NCBI GenBank assembly: GCA_963749495.1
Contig: CAVVMW010000012.1
Location: 352,001-416,000, forward strand
Direction of reading: 5' to 3'
Source of the DNA: an uncultured bacterium
GTDB lineage: Bacteria > Verrucomicrobiota > Verrucomicrobiia > Limisphaerales > UBA8199
DNA length: 64,000 nt
This document shows positions 50,742 to 60,213 of this stretch, piece by piece. The notes beneath the pieces were generated by a model that saw nothing but the letters and a program-made list of their open reading frames with translations, had not been told where the DNA came from and did not search any database. Position numbers and translations under genes: made by a program. Positions within the stretch are counted from its first letter, which is position 1, and every line of letters starts with the position of its first letter.

Positions 50742-52173
50742 AACGACCAGGATCCTGCTGATCGAGGACGACCCCGGCATTGCCGACACACTGCAGCGGG
50801 TGCTGGCCGAGGAAGGCTGTCAAGTGGCCGTGGAGGCGCGCGGCGACACCGGGCTTGCGCGCGCCAGCGAAGGGACATTCCACGTGGTCATCAGCGATCT
50901 CAAGTTGCCCGGCCTGAACGGCTTGGAACTCGTTCGCCAGTTGCACTCCGCCCAGCCTCGTTTGCCGATCATCCTTGTCACCGCTTATGGCACGACCGAA
51001 ACCGCCATCGAAGCAATGAAATTCGGGGCTTACGACTACTTGCTGAAGCCGTTTGATTTTCCCCAGATGCTCGCCCTGGTCAGCCAAGCCGCCGACAGCA
51101 ATCGCCGCATGTCCGAGCCGGTGGCGCTCGGCGACCCCAGCACGAGACGGGAGGCCCTCGTAGGCCGCGGCTCGGCCATGCAAGCCATCTACAAAGAGAT
51201 CGGCCGTGTGGCCTCCAAGCCGGTCAGCGTGCTCATTCAGGGCGAAACCGGCACGGGCAAGGAGCTGATCGCCCGCGCGCTCTATCAGCACAGCGACCGT
51301 GCCAACGCCCCCTTCATTACTGTCAATTGCGCAGCGATACCGGAAACGCTGTTGGAGAGCGAGTTGTTCGGCCACGAACGGGGCGCGTTCTCCGGCGCGG
51401 ACGCCCGGCGCATCGGCCGGTTCGAACAAGCCGACCGCGGCACGATCTTTCTCGATGAAATCGGTGACATGACGCTGGGCACACAGGTAAAGCTCTTGCG
51501 CGTGCTCCAGGAACGGACCTTGCAGCGGCTCGGCGGCAAAGAGACAATCCCCGTGGACGTGCGGGTCATCGCGGCAACCCATCGGGACCTGGAGGCTGCC
51601 ATCCGGGAAAAACAGTTTCGGGAGGACCTTTACTATCGGCTAAACGTGGTGGTGATCACGTTGCCGCCGCTGCGGAGCCGCCGTGAGGACATTCCGGAGC
51701 TCGTGCGCTATTTTCTTGCCAGGCACGGCGCCGAATTGGGCAATGCCAATCCGTCGATTCACCCGGAGGCCCTTGACTTTCTCCAGGCGCAACCCTGGCC
51801 TGGCAACGTGCGCGAGCTGCAAAACGCAATACGCAAGGCCCTTTTGGCAGCGCGAGGTTACACGATCAACCTCGAGCATGTCCGCACGACGCTGAACAAA
51901 AGCGCCGGCGCCCCGTGTTTCGCCGCGCTTCCGGGCGGCGAATACATTGACGAAGTGCTGGCCGAGGCGCGGGGCGAGGAGGTTCCTGACGCCTACGCCC
52001 GCGTGATTGAAGCCGCCGAGCGGGAGCTCTTTGCGCGCGCAATACTGCAAGCCCAAGGCAATCAAGCCAAAGCCGCCCGCTGGCTTGGCATCACCCGCGT
52101 CACCATGCGGGCCAAACTGATTCATTTCGGACTTCATCCGGGCAAGGAACAGGACCAGGATCCCGGCAAGTGA
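50731..52173 (+). CDS. Sigma54-dependent response regulator (NtrC-like)
   Basis: Receiver domain, GETGTGKE, ESELFGHERGAFSGA, FREDLYYRL, WPGNVREL, Fis-type HTH. Confidence 0.96.
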   Translation: METETTRILLIEDDPGIADTLQRVLAEEGCQVAVEARGDTGLARASEGTFHVVISDLKLPGLNGLELVRQLHSAQPRLPIILVTAYGTTETAIEAMKFGAYDYLLKPFDFPQMLALVSQAADSNRRMSEPVALGDPSTRREALVGRGSAMQAIYKEIGRVASKPVSVLIQGETGTGKELIARALYQHSDRANAPFITVNCAAIPETLLESELFGHERGAFSGADARRIGRFEQADRGTIFLDEIGDMTLGTQVKLLRVLQERTLQRLGGKETIPVDVRVIAATHRDLEAAIREKQFREDLYYRLNVVVITLPPLRSRREDIPELVRYFLARHGAELGNANPSIHPEALDFLQAQPWPGNVRELQNAIRKALLAARGYTINLEHVRTTLNKSAGAPCFAALPGGEYIDEVLAEARGEEVPDAYARVIEAAERELFARAILQAQGNQAKAARWLGITRVTMRAKLIHFGLHPGKEQDQDPGK

Positions 52174-52277
52174 GGGGGACGGGAGTTCGATGCCGTTCAT
52201 TCCATAGACAGACAGACATAGAGCCGAACCCGAGTGAATGAATCGGGCTCTTCAATAAGGTTGGTGGTTGTTGCTGG

Positions 52278-52364
52278 TCATCCCGTGAAGCAGCCCAACT
52301 CCCGTAACGAATGGAGTGCCTCGCCGACAATTACATGGTCGAGGATTTCGATTTGCAGTAGAAT
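52278..52364 (-). pseudogene. RadC/JAB C-terminal remnant
   Basis: Hand translation ILLQIEILDHVIVGEALHSLRELGCFTG*; no matching sequence upstream. Confidence 0.75.
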
Positions 52365-52546
52365 TCTTGACACATCTAGAGACAGATGGCATGACTTGGT
52401 CAATGCTCAAAAAGCTGCTGGAACCTAAAGGTGAAGTCCTGAACGGGAAACTTCAGCAGTCATCACGCCGTGGCTGCTGGACGAACCCTGCCACCACGGC
52501 GGCTTCTCCCTGATGGAAGTCCTAGTGCAGCAATAAAGCGATTGTT

Positions 52547-52789
52547 ATGAAAGGAAAGATTGGAACTGTAGTGGATGACGGTCTGTACCAGGACGTAAAA
52601 ATGCTGGCGGCGCAGCAGCGCCGCCGGATCGGCGACATCGTGCAGCACGCCCTGAGCGATTACGTGAAGCGCAGCAAGGGCGCGCGGCACGGGAAGGCGG
52701 GCCTGGCCAGGCTGCTGGAACGCGACCCGCTCAAAGTGACCGAGGAGCAGTTTCGCGAGGTCATGCAAATGGACTACTTCGACCAATGA
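52547..52789 (+). CDS. Small RHH-like putative antitoxin
   Basis: KIGTVVD..LY..VK..AA...R.I.DIV..AL..Y pattern; ATGA overlap with a short MNLEDI stub. Confidence 0.65.
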   Translation: MKGKIGTVVDDGLYQDVKMLAAQQRRRIGDIVQHALSDYVKRSKGARHGKAGLARLLERDPLKVTEEQFREVMQMDYFDQ

Positions 52790-52896
52790 ATCTCGAGGAC
52801 ATCTCGTCATCGAGCTCCCGAAAGACTTGCGCCGGGGCGGGTGGTGGGCAATAATCATTCCGCGCCGGCCGATGGTAAGGGCCGGCGCAGGCGAAT

Positions 52897-53901
52897 ATGC
52901 CGATGATCCTCACGCCGGGGCAGTTTTCCAAACGGGCCCAATTGTATCAGCAGCTCGCCTCGCTGACTGCCGCCGGCTTGGGGCTGGTGTCGGCCCTGGA
53001 GACGCTGGAGCGGCGGCCCCCGGCCCGCTCGGACCGCCAGCGGCTGCAACGGGTGCTGCGGGAGCTGGCGGGAGGCTGCACACTCACTGAGTCGCTGCGG
53101 CGCCTGCACCCGCCCTGGCTGCCGGAGTTCGATGTCTCCCTGCTCCACGCCGGCGAGCAGAGCGGGCGGCTTGATGCCTGTTTCCGGCTGCTGGCAGATT
53201 ACTACGCCGACCGCGCGCACATCGCGCGGCAGTTGATTGCGGACCTGGCCTACCCTGCGTTCCTGTTTCATTTCGCGGTGTTCATCCTGCCCTTCTCGCA
53301 GTTTTTCCTCTCGGGCAATTGGGTGGCCTACCTGGGCCAGGTTGCCGTGGTGCTCGTGCCGATCTATGCCGGGGTGGCGCTGCTGGTGTATGCGGCTCAA
53401 AGCCGGCACGGCGAGCGGTGGCGGGGGCTGGTCGAGCAGGTGCTGCACCCCGTGCCGGTCCTGGGGGCGGCGCGGCGGGACCTGGCGCTGGGGCGTCTGG
53501 CCGCCTCGCTGGAGGCCCTGCTCAATGCCGGTGTGAGCGTCATCCAGGCCTGGGAACTGGCGGCGGCGGCCAGCGGCTCGCCCGCCCTGCGGCGCACGGT
53601 GCTGGCCTGGCGCCCGGACGTGGACGGCGGGCGCACGCCCGCCGAGGTCGTGACCGCCTCGGGGCAGTTTCCCACCCTCTTTGCCGACCAGTACGCGACG
53701 GGCGAAATCAGCGGGCAGCTCGATGACACTCTGCGCCGCCTGCACACCTACTACCAGGAGGAAGGCTCCAGGAAACTGCACACCCTGGCCCGCTGGTTGC
53801 CGCGCGCCGTGTACCTCGTGGTGGTGTTCCTCATCGCCTACTACATCGTCCGCTTTTGGACCGCCTACTTCAAGCAGTTGCAGAACATCGGGGGGTTCTG
53901 A
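52897..53901 (+). CDS. Type II secretion/type IV pilus platform protein (GspF/PilC family)
   Basis: QL.SL..AG, AGEQSGRLD, L.YP, TGE.SG.LD..L. Confidence 0.9.
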   Translation: MPMILTPGQFSKRAQLYQQLASLTAAGLGLVSALETLERRPPARSDRQRLQRVLRELAGGCTLTESLRRLHPPWLPEFDVSLLHAGEQSGRLDACFRLLADYYADRAHIARQLIADLAYPAFLFHFAVFILPFSQFFLSGNWVAYLGQVAVVLVPIYAGVALLVYAAQSRHGERWRGLVEQVLHPVPVLGAARRDLALGRLAASLEALLNAGVSVIQAWELAAAASGSPALRRTVLAWRPDVDGGRTPAEVVTASGQFPTLFADQYATGEISGQLDDTLRRLHTYYQEEGSRKLHTLARWLPRAVYLVVVFLIAYYIVRFWTAYFKQLQNIGGF

Positions 53902-54045
53902 GGGACGAGGGGCGAATGACGAATGACGAATGACGAATGACGAATGACGAAGGACCAATCGCGGATGAGAATTGGGCCGGGCGCATCCGAATCTGGAGGG
54001 CGAACCCTCGCCTCCGCCCCTCGCCCCTCGTCCCTCGCCCCTCGC
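53897..54045. repeat. (CGAATGA)x5 flanked by inverted (CGAGGGG)/(CCCCTCG) heptamers between convergent genes
   Basis: Read directly. Confidence 0.88.
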
Positions 54046-55104
54046 TCAGATTCTCCTGCCCTGGGTTCGGGCCTCGTTGATCTGGTCGCGGCTGCGGCGG
54101 CGGTAGTCCCGCAACGGCTCGATTTGGTACTCTTTGCAGAGGGCCCTCACTTGGACGCCCCCCCGGACGGCCCGCAGCAGGTACCAGCCTTCCATGTCGA
54201 AATCGCATTCCAGTTCCACTTCGCCGCGGTGTTCCTTGAGCAGCCGCGCCACTTTCTCGGCGTGAAAGTCCTTGTGGACGAGCGTCCGGTCCAGGTCGAA
54301 GGTGGCGACGAACTGGCCGGGGCGGGGTTGGGCGGGGTGGTCGAGCGCCTTGCCAGTGCAATCGATGAGGTTGCCGCGTCCGACGGGCACGATGTAGAAA
54401 CTGTGGACCAGGGCATGGCCGTAGAGGGGCGCGCCGCCGCCATAGGCGCTGGGCCAAAACACGATCTCGGCGCCCAAGTCGTCCGCCTGTTGCCACAGCT
54501 CGGGAAAGTTCACATCGAAACAGGTCAGAATGCTGATCCGGCCAAAGTCCGTGTCGAACACCTTGACGCCCTCCCGGCTCACGTGGAGGCCCTCGCCCCA
54601 AAAGACAAACACCTTGCGATAATAACCCGCTACTTTCCCGTTGCGATCCAGCAGGACCGCCGTGTTGTACTGTTCCGCGCCGGCCTGCTCGCGTATCGGG
54701 CACACCACGTACATTTTATGCCGCGCGGCCAACTTGGCCACCGCCTCGACCGTGGGCCCGGAAATGGGCTCGGCCGACGTGCCGGCGAACTCCTCCGGCA
54801 GGCAGGCGATGTCCACACCCTCCCGTCCGGCGGTCTCCAGGTGTTCGAGCGCCAGCTTCAACTTCGCGTCATGGTCACCGCCAAATCCTATGCAGATGGC
54901 CGAAACCTTCACCGGCCGCCCGGGCTGCCGCTGCCTGCCCGCGGCCTGGGGGCCGGGCGAGGCGGCCGGGGCAGCCTCAGGCTGCGAAGTGGCGGTTTGT
55001 TTCGGCGGTTGGCCCTGGCCCGCTGCAGGCGGCGCTCCGCCCGCCAGCGCCAGCGCCATCACCGCCACTGCCAACCGAGCCGAGCCAAGCCGCGTCGTTT
55101 TCAT
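54046..55104 (-). CDS. Exported carbon-nitrogen hydrolase (nitrilase family)
   Basis: CLPEE, YNTAVL, YRK, TCFD triad; signal peptide. Confidence 0.92.
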   Translation of the reverse strand: MKTTRLGSARLAVAVMALALAGGAPPAAGQGQPPKQTATSQPEAAPAASPGPQAAGRQRQPGRPVKVSAICIGFGGDHDAKLKLALEHLETAGREGVDIACLPEEFAGTSAEPISGPTVEAVAKLAARHKMYVVCPIREQAGAEQYNTAVLLDRNGKVAGYYRKVFVFWGEGLHVSREGVKVFDTDFGRISILTCFDVNFPELWQQADDLGAEIVFWPSAYGGGAPLYGHALVHSFYIVPVGRGNLIDCTGKALDHPAQPRPGQFVATFDLDRTLVHKDFHAEKVARLLKEHRGEVELECDFDMEGWYLLRAVRGGVQVRALCKEYQIEPLRDYRRRSRDQINEARTQGRRI

Positions 55105-55194
55105 AGTCCAAGGAAAAGGAATTGTTTCTGCGCCCACTTTGGCACCTCTTGAGCGGGCCAGCAAGGGAGGATTTGCGTGCAGTGGACGCATGAA

Positions 55195-55680
55195 TCAGGT
55201 TCGGCGTTTGAGGGAAGAGGCAAGCTGCTTTTCCGCCGCGCTTAGCGCAGGATAGACCTCGATGCCTTCGGCGGCAGCCATCGCTCTAGCCGTAGCATCG
55301 AACGATAGGAAGCGTGTTCCCCCAGCCAACTTGACCGAGGCGACAATGGCGGCGTCGAAAGTCCCGACAGCGGCCTTCCAGGCGTACTTGGAGAAAAGGG
55401 CATTACATTCCCGCCGCAGGAGATCCCAGTTCATTGCGTCCACGTAAAGCCGTCCGTCGAAATCCGCCTCCAGCTTCCGCCATTCGGGCGGCTCGCCCTC
55501 CCCGGTGACCCGCGAAAAAATGTTGCGCGCTTCCAGCAAGACAACGTGCGAGACAATGAGTTGCCCGCCATGGCGGCGCATAAAGCGTTCCACAATCTCC
55601 CTGCGCCTCACAGCCTCGGCGTCGCCAGGCCCAGGCTCGATGTAAGCCGCAGCCAGCCAGTTGGTGTCCGCGAAATTCAC
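55195..55680 (-). CDS. PIN-domain (VapC-like) toxin
   Basis: FADTNWL, V.LE..N, D...VA.......FLSFD. Confidence 0.88.
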   Translation of the reverse strand: MNFADTNWLAAAYIEPGPGDAEAVRRREIVERFMRRHGGQLIVSHVVLLEARNIFSRVTGEGEPPEWRKLEADFDGRLYVDAMNWDLLRRECNALFSKYAWKAAVGTFDAAIVASVKLAGGTRFLSFDATARAMAAAEGIEVYPALSAAEKQLASSLKRRT

Positions 55681-55883
55681 CGTTCGCGGCGCTCGACCTT
55701 GCCGGTAAGCTGGAATTTCCTGCCTGAGGATGGCCGATCAAAGTGTTCGTTCCAATCCGCTCTGCGGGGACCCAGGGCGTCCTCGATGAGCTTATTGAGC
55801 CAAGCGTTGACGTTAGGTTTGGCCTTGGTCTGAACCTCCGCCTTGGGCCGTCGCAATCGTATCGTAATGGTGTTCGATGTCAC
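55677..55883 (-). CDS. Putative antitoxin
   Basis: 68 aa, TITIRL...N.W...LIE.AL; 4-nt overlap with the PIN gene. Confidence 0.75.
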   Translation of the reverse strand: MTSNTITIRLRRPKAEVQTKAKPNVNAWLNKLIEDALGPRRADWNEHFDRPSSGRKFQLTGKVERRER

Positions 55884-56728
55884 ACAGCATTTGTATCACG
55901 TCCTCTCCACGGGTGCAAGGCCTGCCGGCATTGTGGGTCGTGCCGTTTGCCGCGCCAGGACATATTGAGCACCCAGTGGCGGCCGGCCCGGCGGCTGGTG
56001 GCGATGGCCTGGGTGATGTAGTGCTTGGCGCGGCAGACGGCGCGGGGCAGGGGCAGGCCGCGGGCCAGGAAACCGGCGATGGCGGCCGAATAGACACAGC
56101 CGGTGCCGTGGGTGCGGACGCCGCGAATGAACGGGGCGCTCAAGAGCAGTTCCTGCCGGCCGTCATAGAAAATGTCCGCCGCTTCGCGCAGGCGGCGCAG
56201 GTGCCCGCCTTTGACCAGGGCGGCGCAGCCGAACCGGCGGTGCAGGTCGCGGGCGGCCTCGCGCAGGTCCTGGACCGAGTCGAGCTTGCGGCCGGTCAGC
56301 AACTGCGCCTCGGGCACGTTGGGCGTGACCAGGCTGGCCAGAGGCAGAAGTTCGGCCAGCAGCGCCTTGAGGGCGCCGGGCTCGAGCAATGGCGTACCGC
56401 TGGTCGAGACCAGGACCGGGTCCACTACAAGCAGCGGCCCCCCTCGGCCGGCCAGGAAGGCAGCCACGGCGTGGATGATAGCGGCGGAATAGAGCATGCC
56501 GGTTTTCACCGCTGCGGGGGGTAACTCGTCGAAGACGGCCTCGAGCTGGCCTTGCAGCAGTTGGACACTGCAGGGCTGGATGCCGCGGACGCCCCTCGGG
56601 TTTTGGGCGGTGATGCAGGTCAGGGCGCTGGTCCCGTGCACGCCCAAGGACGCGAAGGTCTTGAGGTCGGCCTGGATGCCCGCGCCCCCGCCGCTGTCCG
56701 AGCCGGCTATCGTCAGGGCGATGGGCAT
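55880..56728 (-). CDS. thiD: Hydroxymethylpyrimidine/phosphomethylpyrimidine kinase
   Basis: [44 protein letters not shown]. Confidence 0.97.
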   Translation of the reverse strand: MPIALTIAGSDSGGGAGIQADLKTFASLGVHGTSALTCITAQNPRGVRGIQPCSVQLLQGQLEAVFDELPPAAVKTGMLYSAAIIHAVAAFLAGRGGPLLVVDPVLVSTSGTPLLEPGALKALLAELLPLASLVTPNVPEAQLLTGRKLDSVQDLREAARDLHRRFGCAALVKGGHLRRLREAADIFYDGRQELLLSAPFIRGVRTHGTGCVYSAAIAGFLARGLPLPRAVCRAKHYITQAIATSRRAGRHWVLNMSWRGKRHDPQCRQALHPWRGRDTNAV

Positions 56729-56796
56729 GTGCGCGCGAGTTGACACACCGCAAGCATAGGCGCGGCGGGAGTCTGGGACAAGGGGGGCAGAGGGCG

Positions 56797-56867
56797 GAAT
56801 GACGAATGACGAATGACGAATGACGAATGACGAATGGACCGAATGCGGAGTGCGGAGTGCGGAGTGC
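56797..56867. repeat. Heptamer arrays (GAATGAC)x5 and (TGCGGAG)x3
   Basis: Read directly. Confidence 0.9.
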
Positions 56868-57005
56868 TCCGGTGGGGATGTTGGGTCTGGATGGCGGTGC
56901 GGGTGGCCCCGGCCGGCGATGCGGGCGAGGAAGAGCAAGGGCAACAGCGCCGGCAAGGACTCCGGCGCTCCCAGTGAAGTAGCCCGGAGGCTGCTCGGGT
57001 CCGAG

Positions 57006-57164
57006 GGGCGCATTTCACCTTTGTCGGCCCCCGGCAAGCCGGGCAATTGGAGCGCGGCGTCGGGAAGCCCGCAAGGTTTTGGACTGCGCCAGTCCTCTGG
57101 CGCTTTCGCGTCCCCAGGGTCCCAAGAGCGGCAGAGGACTGCCGCAGTCCAAAACGCTTCGCGA
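57006..57164 (-). repeat. Inverted copy of the 160-bp element at 18535-18694
   Basis: GGGCGCATTTCACCTTTGTCGGCCC...GCAGTCCAAAACGCTTCGCGA. Confidence 0.92.
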
Positions 57165-57294
57165 GCTCGGACGCGCGCTCCCATCGCTCGGTTCGGCCGG
57201 GCTCGACAAAGATGAGATGCGCCCGGGTCGCCTCGGGTCCATTCCCTATTGCGCGCCGCCGCCGCCGCGCTATAGTCGAGCCAAGAGATTGAAT

Positions 57295-57888
57295 ATGACT
57301 ATCGGTGGCCCTGTCAGGTCTGCGGCGCTCCCACTCCTGGCCGCGCTGGGCGCGGCGGTGCTTTGCGGTTGCGCGCGCTTCGATTACCGGCTGGTCGAAC
57401 CGGCCTCGGCCGCGACCCGCATCGGCAAAGAGCCCGTCACTGTGCCGTATCCCCCGCTTGAATACAGCCTCGCCAGCAGGGGCGATCGCCTGGTCATGCG
57501 CGTCATCAACCCGACCGGCCAATCAGTCACGCTCCTGCCTGGCCGGAGTTATGTCGTTGACCCGCGCGGCGAATCCCACCCGGTTCGCGGCCAGGCGCTC
57601 GGGCCGCACAGCCACATAGCCCTGTTCTTGCCGCCCCTCCCGCGCCGCGTCATCGGCTACGCCTACACGCCTTATTGGGGTTATGGGCCCCTGGACATGG
57701 GAGGCTATCCCTTTTGGGGGGCCTACGAGTGGCCCTACCCGTCAGCCTACTCCTACTCTTACCAGCTCCATACCCCGTACGAGTGGCGCTGGAGGACAGG
57801 CCCTGTCCGCCTTCACCTCGGCTACCAGAGTGCCGGCAAGGGCTTCGATCAGGACCTGGTCTTCGACCGCGAACAGGTGAAACGGTGA
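57295..57888 (+). CDS. Putative lipoprotein
   Basis: Hydrophobic leader with LCGC lipobox-like site; Tyr/Gly/Pro-rich loop. Confidence 0.75.
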   Translation: MTIGGPVRSAALPLLAALGAAVLCGCARFDYRLVEPASAATRIGKEPVTVPYPPLEYSLASRGDRLVMRVINPTGQSVTLLPGRSYVVDPRGESHPVRGQALGPHSHIALFLPPLPRRVIGYAYTPYWGYGPLDMGGYPFWGAYEWPYPSAYSYSYQLHTPYEWRWRTGPVRLHLGYQSAGKGFDQDLVFDREQVKR

Positions 57889-57899
57889 GGCAATAGCCC

Positions 57900-57990
57900 G
57901 TCGCAACCTTTGTCCCAGACTTTGTTGCAGCCTTTGTTGATTTGGCCAAGTCTCGACAAAGGCTGCGACGAAGGCTGCGACAAAGGTCCG
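57900..57990. repeat. 12-mer palindrome family, second copy, between convergent genes
   Basis: Matches 10743-10826. Confidence 0.85.
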
Positions 57991-58014
57991 GAACCGGAGT
58001 CTGGGCACCGCCTC

Positions 58015-60213
58015 CTACTGCGCCGCCTCGGTGCGGTAGAACTCGGAGGGCGGGGGATTGGTTTGCGCCGACTGGAGATAGATCAGAGTGCCACTGTTGT
58101 CCGTGAACAGGAGCATCGGCCCCTGGGTCCAGGTGGACAAATCAGTGCTCGAGTCAAGGAAGAAGTCCTGATCCAACGAGCCGGTGAACAGGAAGAGGCC
58201 TTGTCCGTCGGAGAGTTTGTAGTTGGCGATTGGGACGGGTGTGGACGGGGAGATGACCTGGCTGCGAAGGATGACGCCATCGGCGCCGACAACGACCAAT
58301 TGGCCCTGGTCGTGGGCCAGGCCGTAGAGGGACCTGTAAGTGAGGGTGGGGAAGCTGGTCCAATTGGTCAGGTCGGGGCTGCCCAGGACGGTGCCATGAT
58401 TGCCGGCGACGAACCAGGTGCCGGCGAGGAAGTCGGCGGCGTTGAGCCAGTTGGTGGTGCCGCTGCTGCGGGCGGTCCAGTTGGTGGCGTCAAAGCTGGT
58501 CAGGATCGTGCCGTTGTTGCCCACGGCCAGGAGCGCGCCGTTGAGGTAGGCGACTTGCGAGAGCCAGTTGGTGGTGACCTGCTTGAGCGTCCAGTTTACG
58601 CGATTGGTGCTGGTCAGGATCGTCCCCTTGTCGCCCACGACAACCAGGCGATTGGGAAAGCGGGTGATGCTGGTCAGGAAGACCGTCGTGGAGGTCGAGC
58701 GCTTGGTCCAGGCCGCCCCATCGGCGCTGGTCAGGAGCGTCCCATGGTCGCCGCACAGGATGAACTGGGCGCCATCGAAGAAGACGCCTTGGAGGTCGTA
58801 GGTGGTCGGCGCGGTGAGTTGGTTCCAGAGAAAGGCGTTGGTGGCCCAGAGGACCGTGCCCTGGGTGCCGACGGCCAGGAGCAGGTTGGTGCTGCCGCCA
58901 ACCCCCAGGAGGACCGAATTGGTCACCGTGGGCGGCACCAACTCGACTGCCCAGGCATAGGCATCCGGGCTGCTGAGAACAGTGCCGTAATTGCCGACCG
59001 CGATGTAGCTGTGCGGTGTGCGCGTGACCGCCCAGAGCCAGGAGCGCACCGGAAAATCGGGCAGCCACCAGGAAGTGGCGCTGTTGGTCCGGGCGCCGAC
59101 GGCCGTGAGGCCCGCGCTGCCGGATACGATGTAGGCATTGGTGCTGTTGGTGCTCCAGGCGGACGTGTAGTAGGTCCAGGCAGGGGCGGGCGATGCCAGG
59201 GCGGGGGAGAGTTCATTGGACCAGTTGGCCGATTCCTTGAGCCGCAGTTCGGAATCGCCGGCGACCAGAGAGGCATTCGTGTGGCCGGTGATGGTGTAGA
59301 GCGCATTGGTCGCCCCGGTAGCGACGCTTTGCCAGGCAGTGCCGTTGGAGCTGGTGAGCGTCACGCCGCCCTGGCCGACGGCGAGGAACTGGTTGCCGAG
59401 CCAGGCCACCCAATTCAGGCTGGCGCTCGTCTTGCTGTTGGCGGTCTTCCAGGTTGAACCATCGGCGCTCGTGGCGATGAAACCGCTGTCCCCAACCGTC
59501 ACGAAGGTGCGCGCGCCCCCGAAAGCCACTCCGGCCAGCCAGTTGCTGAACGTCACCGGAGCGCGCGCCCAGGAAACGCCCTCGGCGCTCGTGTAGATGG
59601 CGCCGTGGTCTCCCACTGCAACCACGAGGTTGGTCGAGGCGGCCACCGACTCCAGCCAATTGGAGGTCTGCAAGTCCACGACGTAGAAGCTGGAGAGGTC
59701 GTCCGAGAAGAGCACCGTCCCGGCCTCGCCCACGATGATGCATCGCCCGCCCAGGAAGGTGACGGCGCGCAACGAAGCCGTCGTGTGGCTCTGCTGCGGC
59801 GTCCACGACAGAAGGTCGTCGCTGGTGAAGATCTGGCCCTGTTCCGCCACCTGGATATACGTGCCCGCGCTGCGGGCCAGACCATAGACCTCGGCCCCGT
59901 GCGGCGTGGGATTGGCCCAGTGCCAATCGGGCGGCAGGTCGACCGCGGCCCGCGCAGCGGCTGCAAGGCCCAGGCCCAGGACCAGGACCATTCCCCAAGC
60001 CCCGGCATACCGCCCGCCGGCAACGGCCCATCTCTCGATGGCCGTTGACAAAGTCGTAGCGCAGGTTTCCAAACCTGCGCTACGGTGGCGCCCCTGGCGC
60101 ACAGGCGCGCCGAGCGCCTTTGTCAATGGCCCCGCCCATCTCTGCCATCGCTGCCCCGTGTCACTGCCCTCGCGTCCCTTATGTCGCTTTTGTCCCTTTT
60201 GTCCCTTCTTCAT
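58015..60213 (-). CDS. Exported beta-propeller (BNR/YCF48-like repeat) protein with C-terminal FYR domain; start uncertain
   Basis: More than ten AVG..GT.LTS.DG..W repeats; signal-like VLVLGLGLAAAARA; ATG 60213 overlaps the kinase stop. Confidence 0.88.
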   Translation of the reverse strand: MKKGQKGQKRHKGREGSDTGQRWQRWAGPLTKALGAPVRQGRHRSAGLETCATTLSTAIERWAVAGGRYAGAWGMVLVLGLGLAAAARAAVDLPPDWHWANPTPHGAEVYGLARSAGTYIQVAEQGQIFTSDDLLSWTPQQSHTTASLRAVTFLGGRCIIVGEAGTVLFSDDLSSFYVVDLQTSNWLESVAASTNLVVAVGDHGAIYTSAEGVSWARAPVTFSNWLAGVAFGGARTFVTVGDSGFIATSADGSTWKTANSKTSASLNWVAWLGNQFLAVGQGGVTLTSSNGTAWQSVATGATNALYTITGHTNASLVAGDSELRLKESANWSNELSPALASPAPAWTYYTSAWSTNSTNAYIVSGSAGLTAVGARTNSATSWWLPDFPVRSWLWAVTRTPHSYIAVGNYGTVLSSPDAYAWAVELVPPTVTNSVLLGVGGSTNLLLAVGTQGTVLWATNAFLWNQLTAPTTYDLQGVFFDGAQFILCGDHGTLLTSADGAAWTKRSTSTTVFLTSITRFPNRLVVVGDKGTILTSTNRVNWTLKQVTTNWLSQVAYLNGALLAVGNNGTILTSFDATNWTARSSGTTNWLNAADFLAGTWFVAGNHGTVLGSPDLTNWTSFPTLTYRSLYGLAHDQGQLVVVGADGVILRSQVISPSTPVPIANYKLSDGQGLFLFTGSLDQDFFLDSSTDLSTWTQGPMLLFTDNSGTLIYLQSAQTNPPPSEFYRTEAAQ
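60055..60084. repeat. Perfect GTAG-type REP hairpin
   Basis: CGTAGCGCAGGTTT-CC-AAACCTGCGCTACG. Confidence 0.88.
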
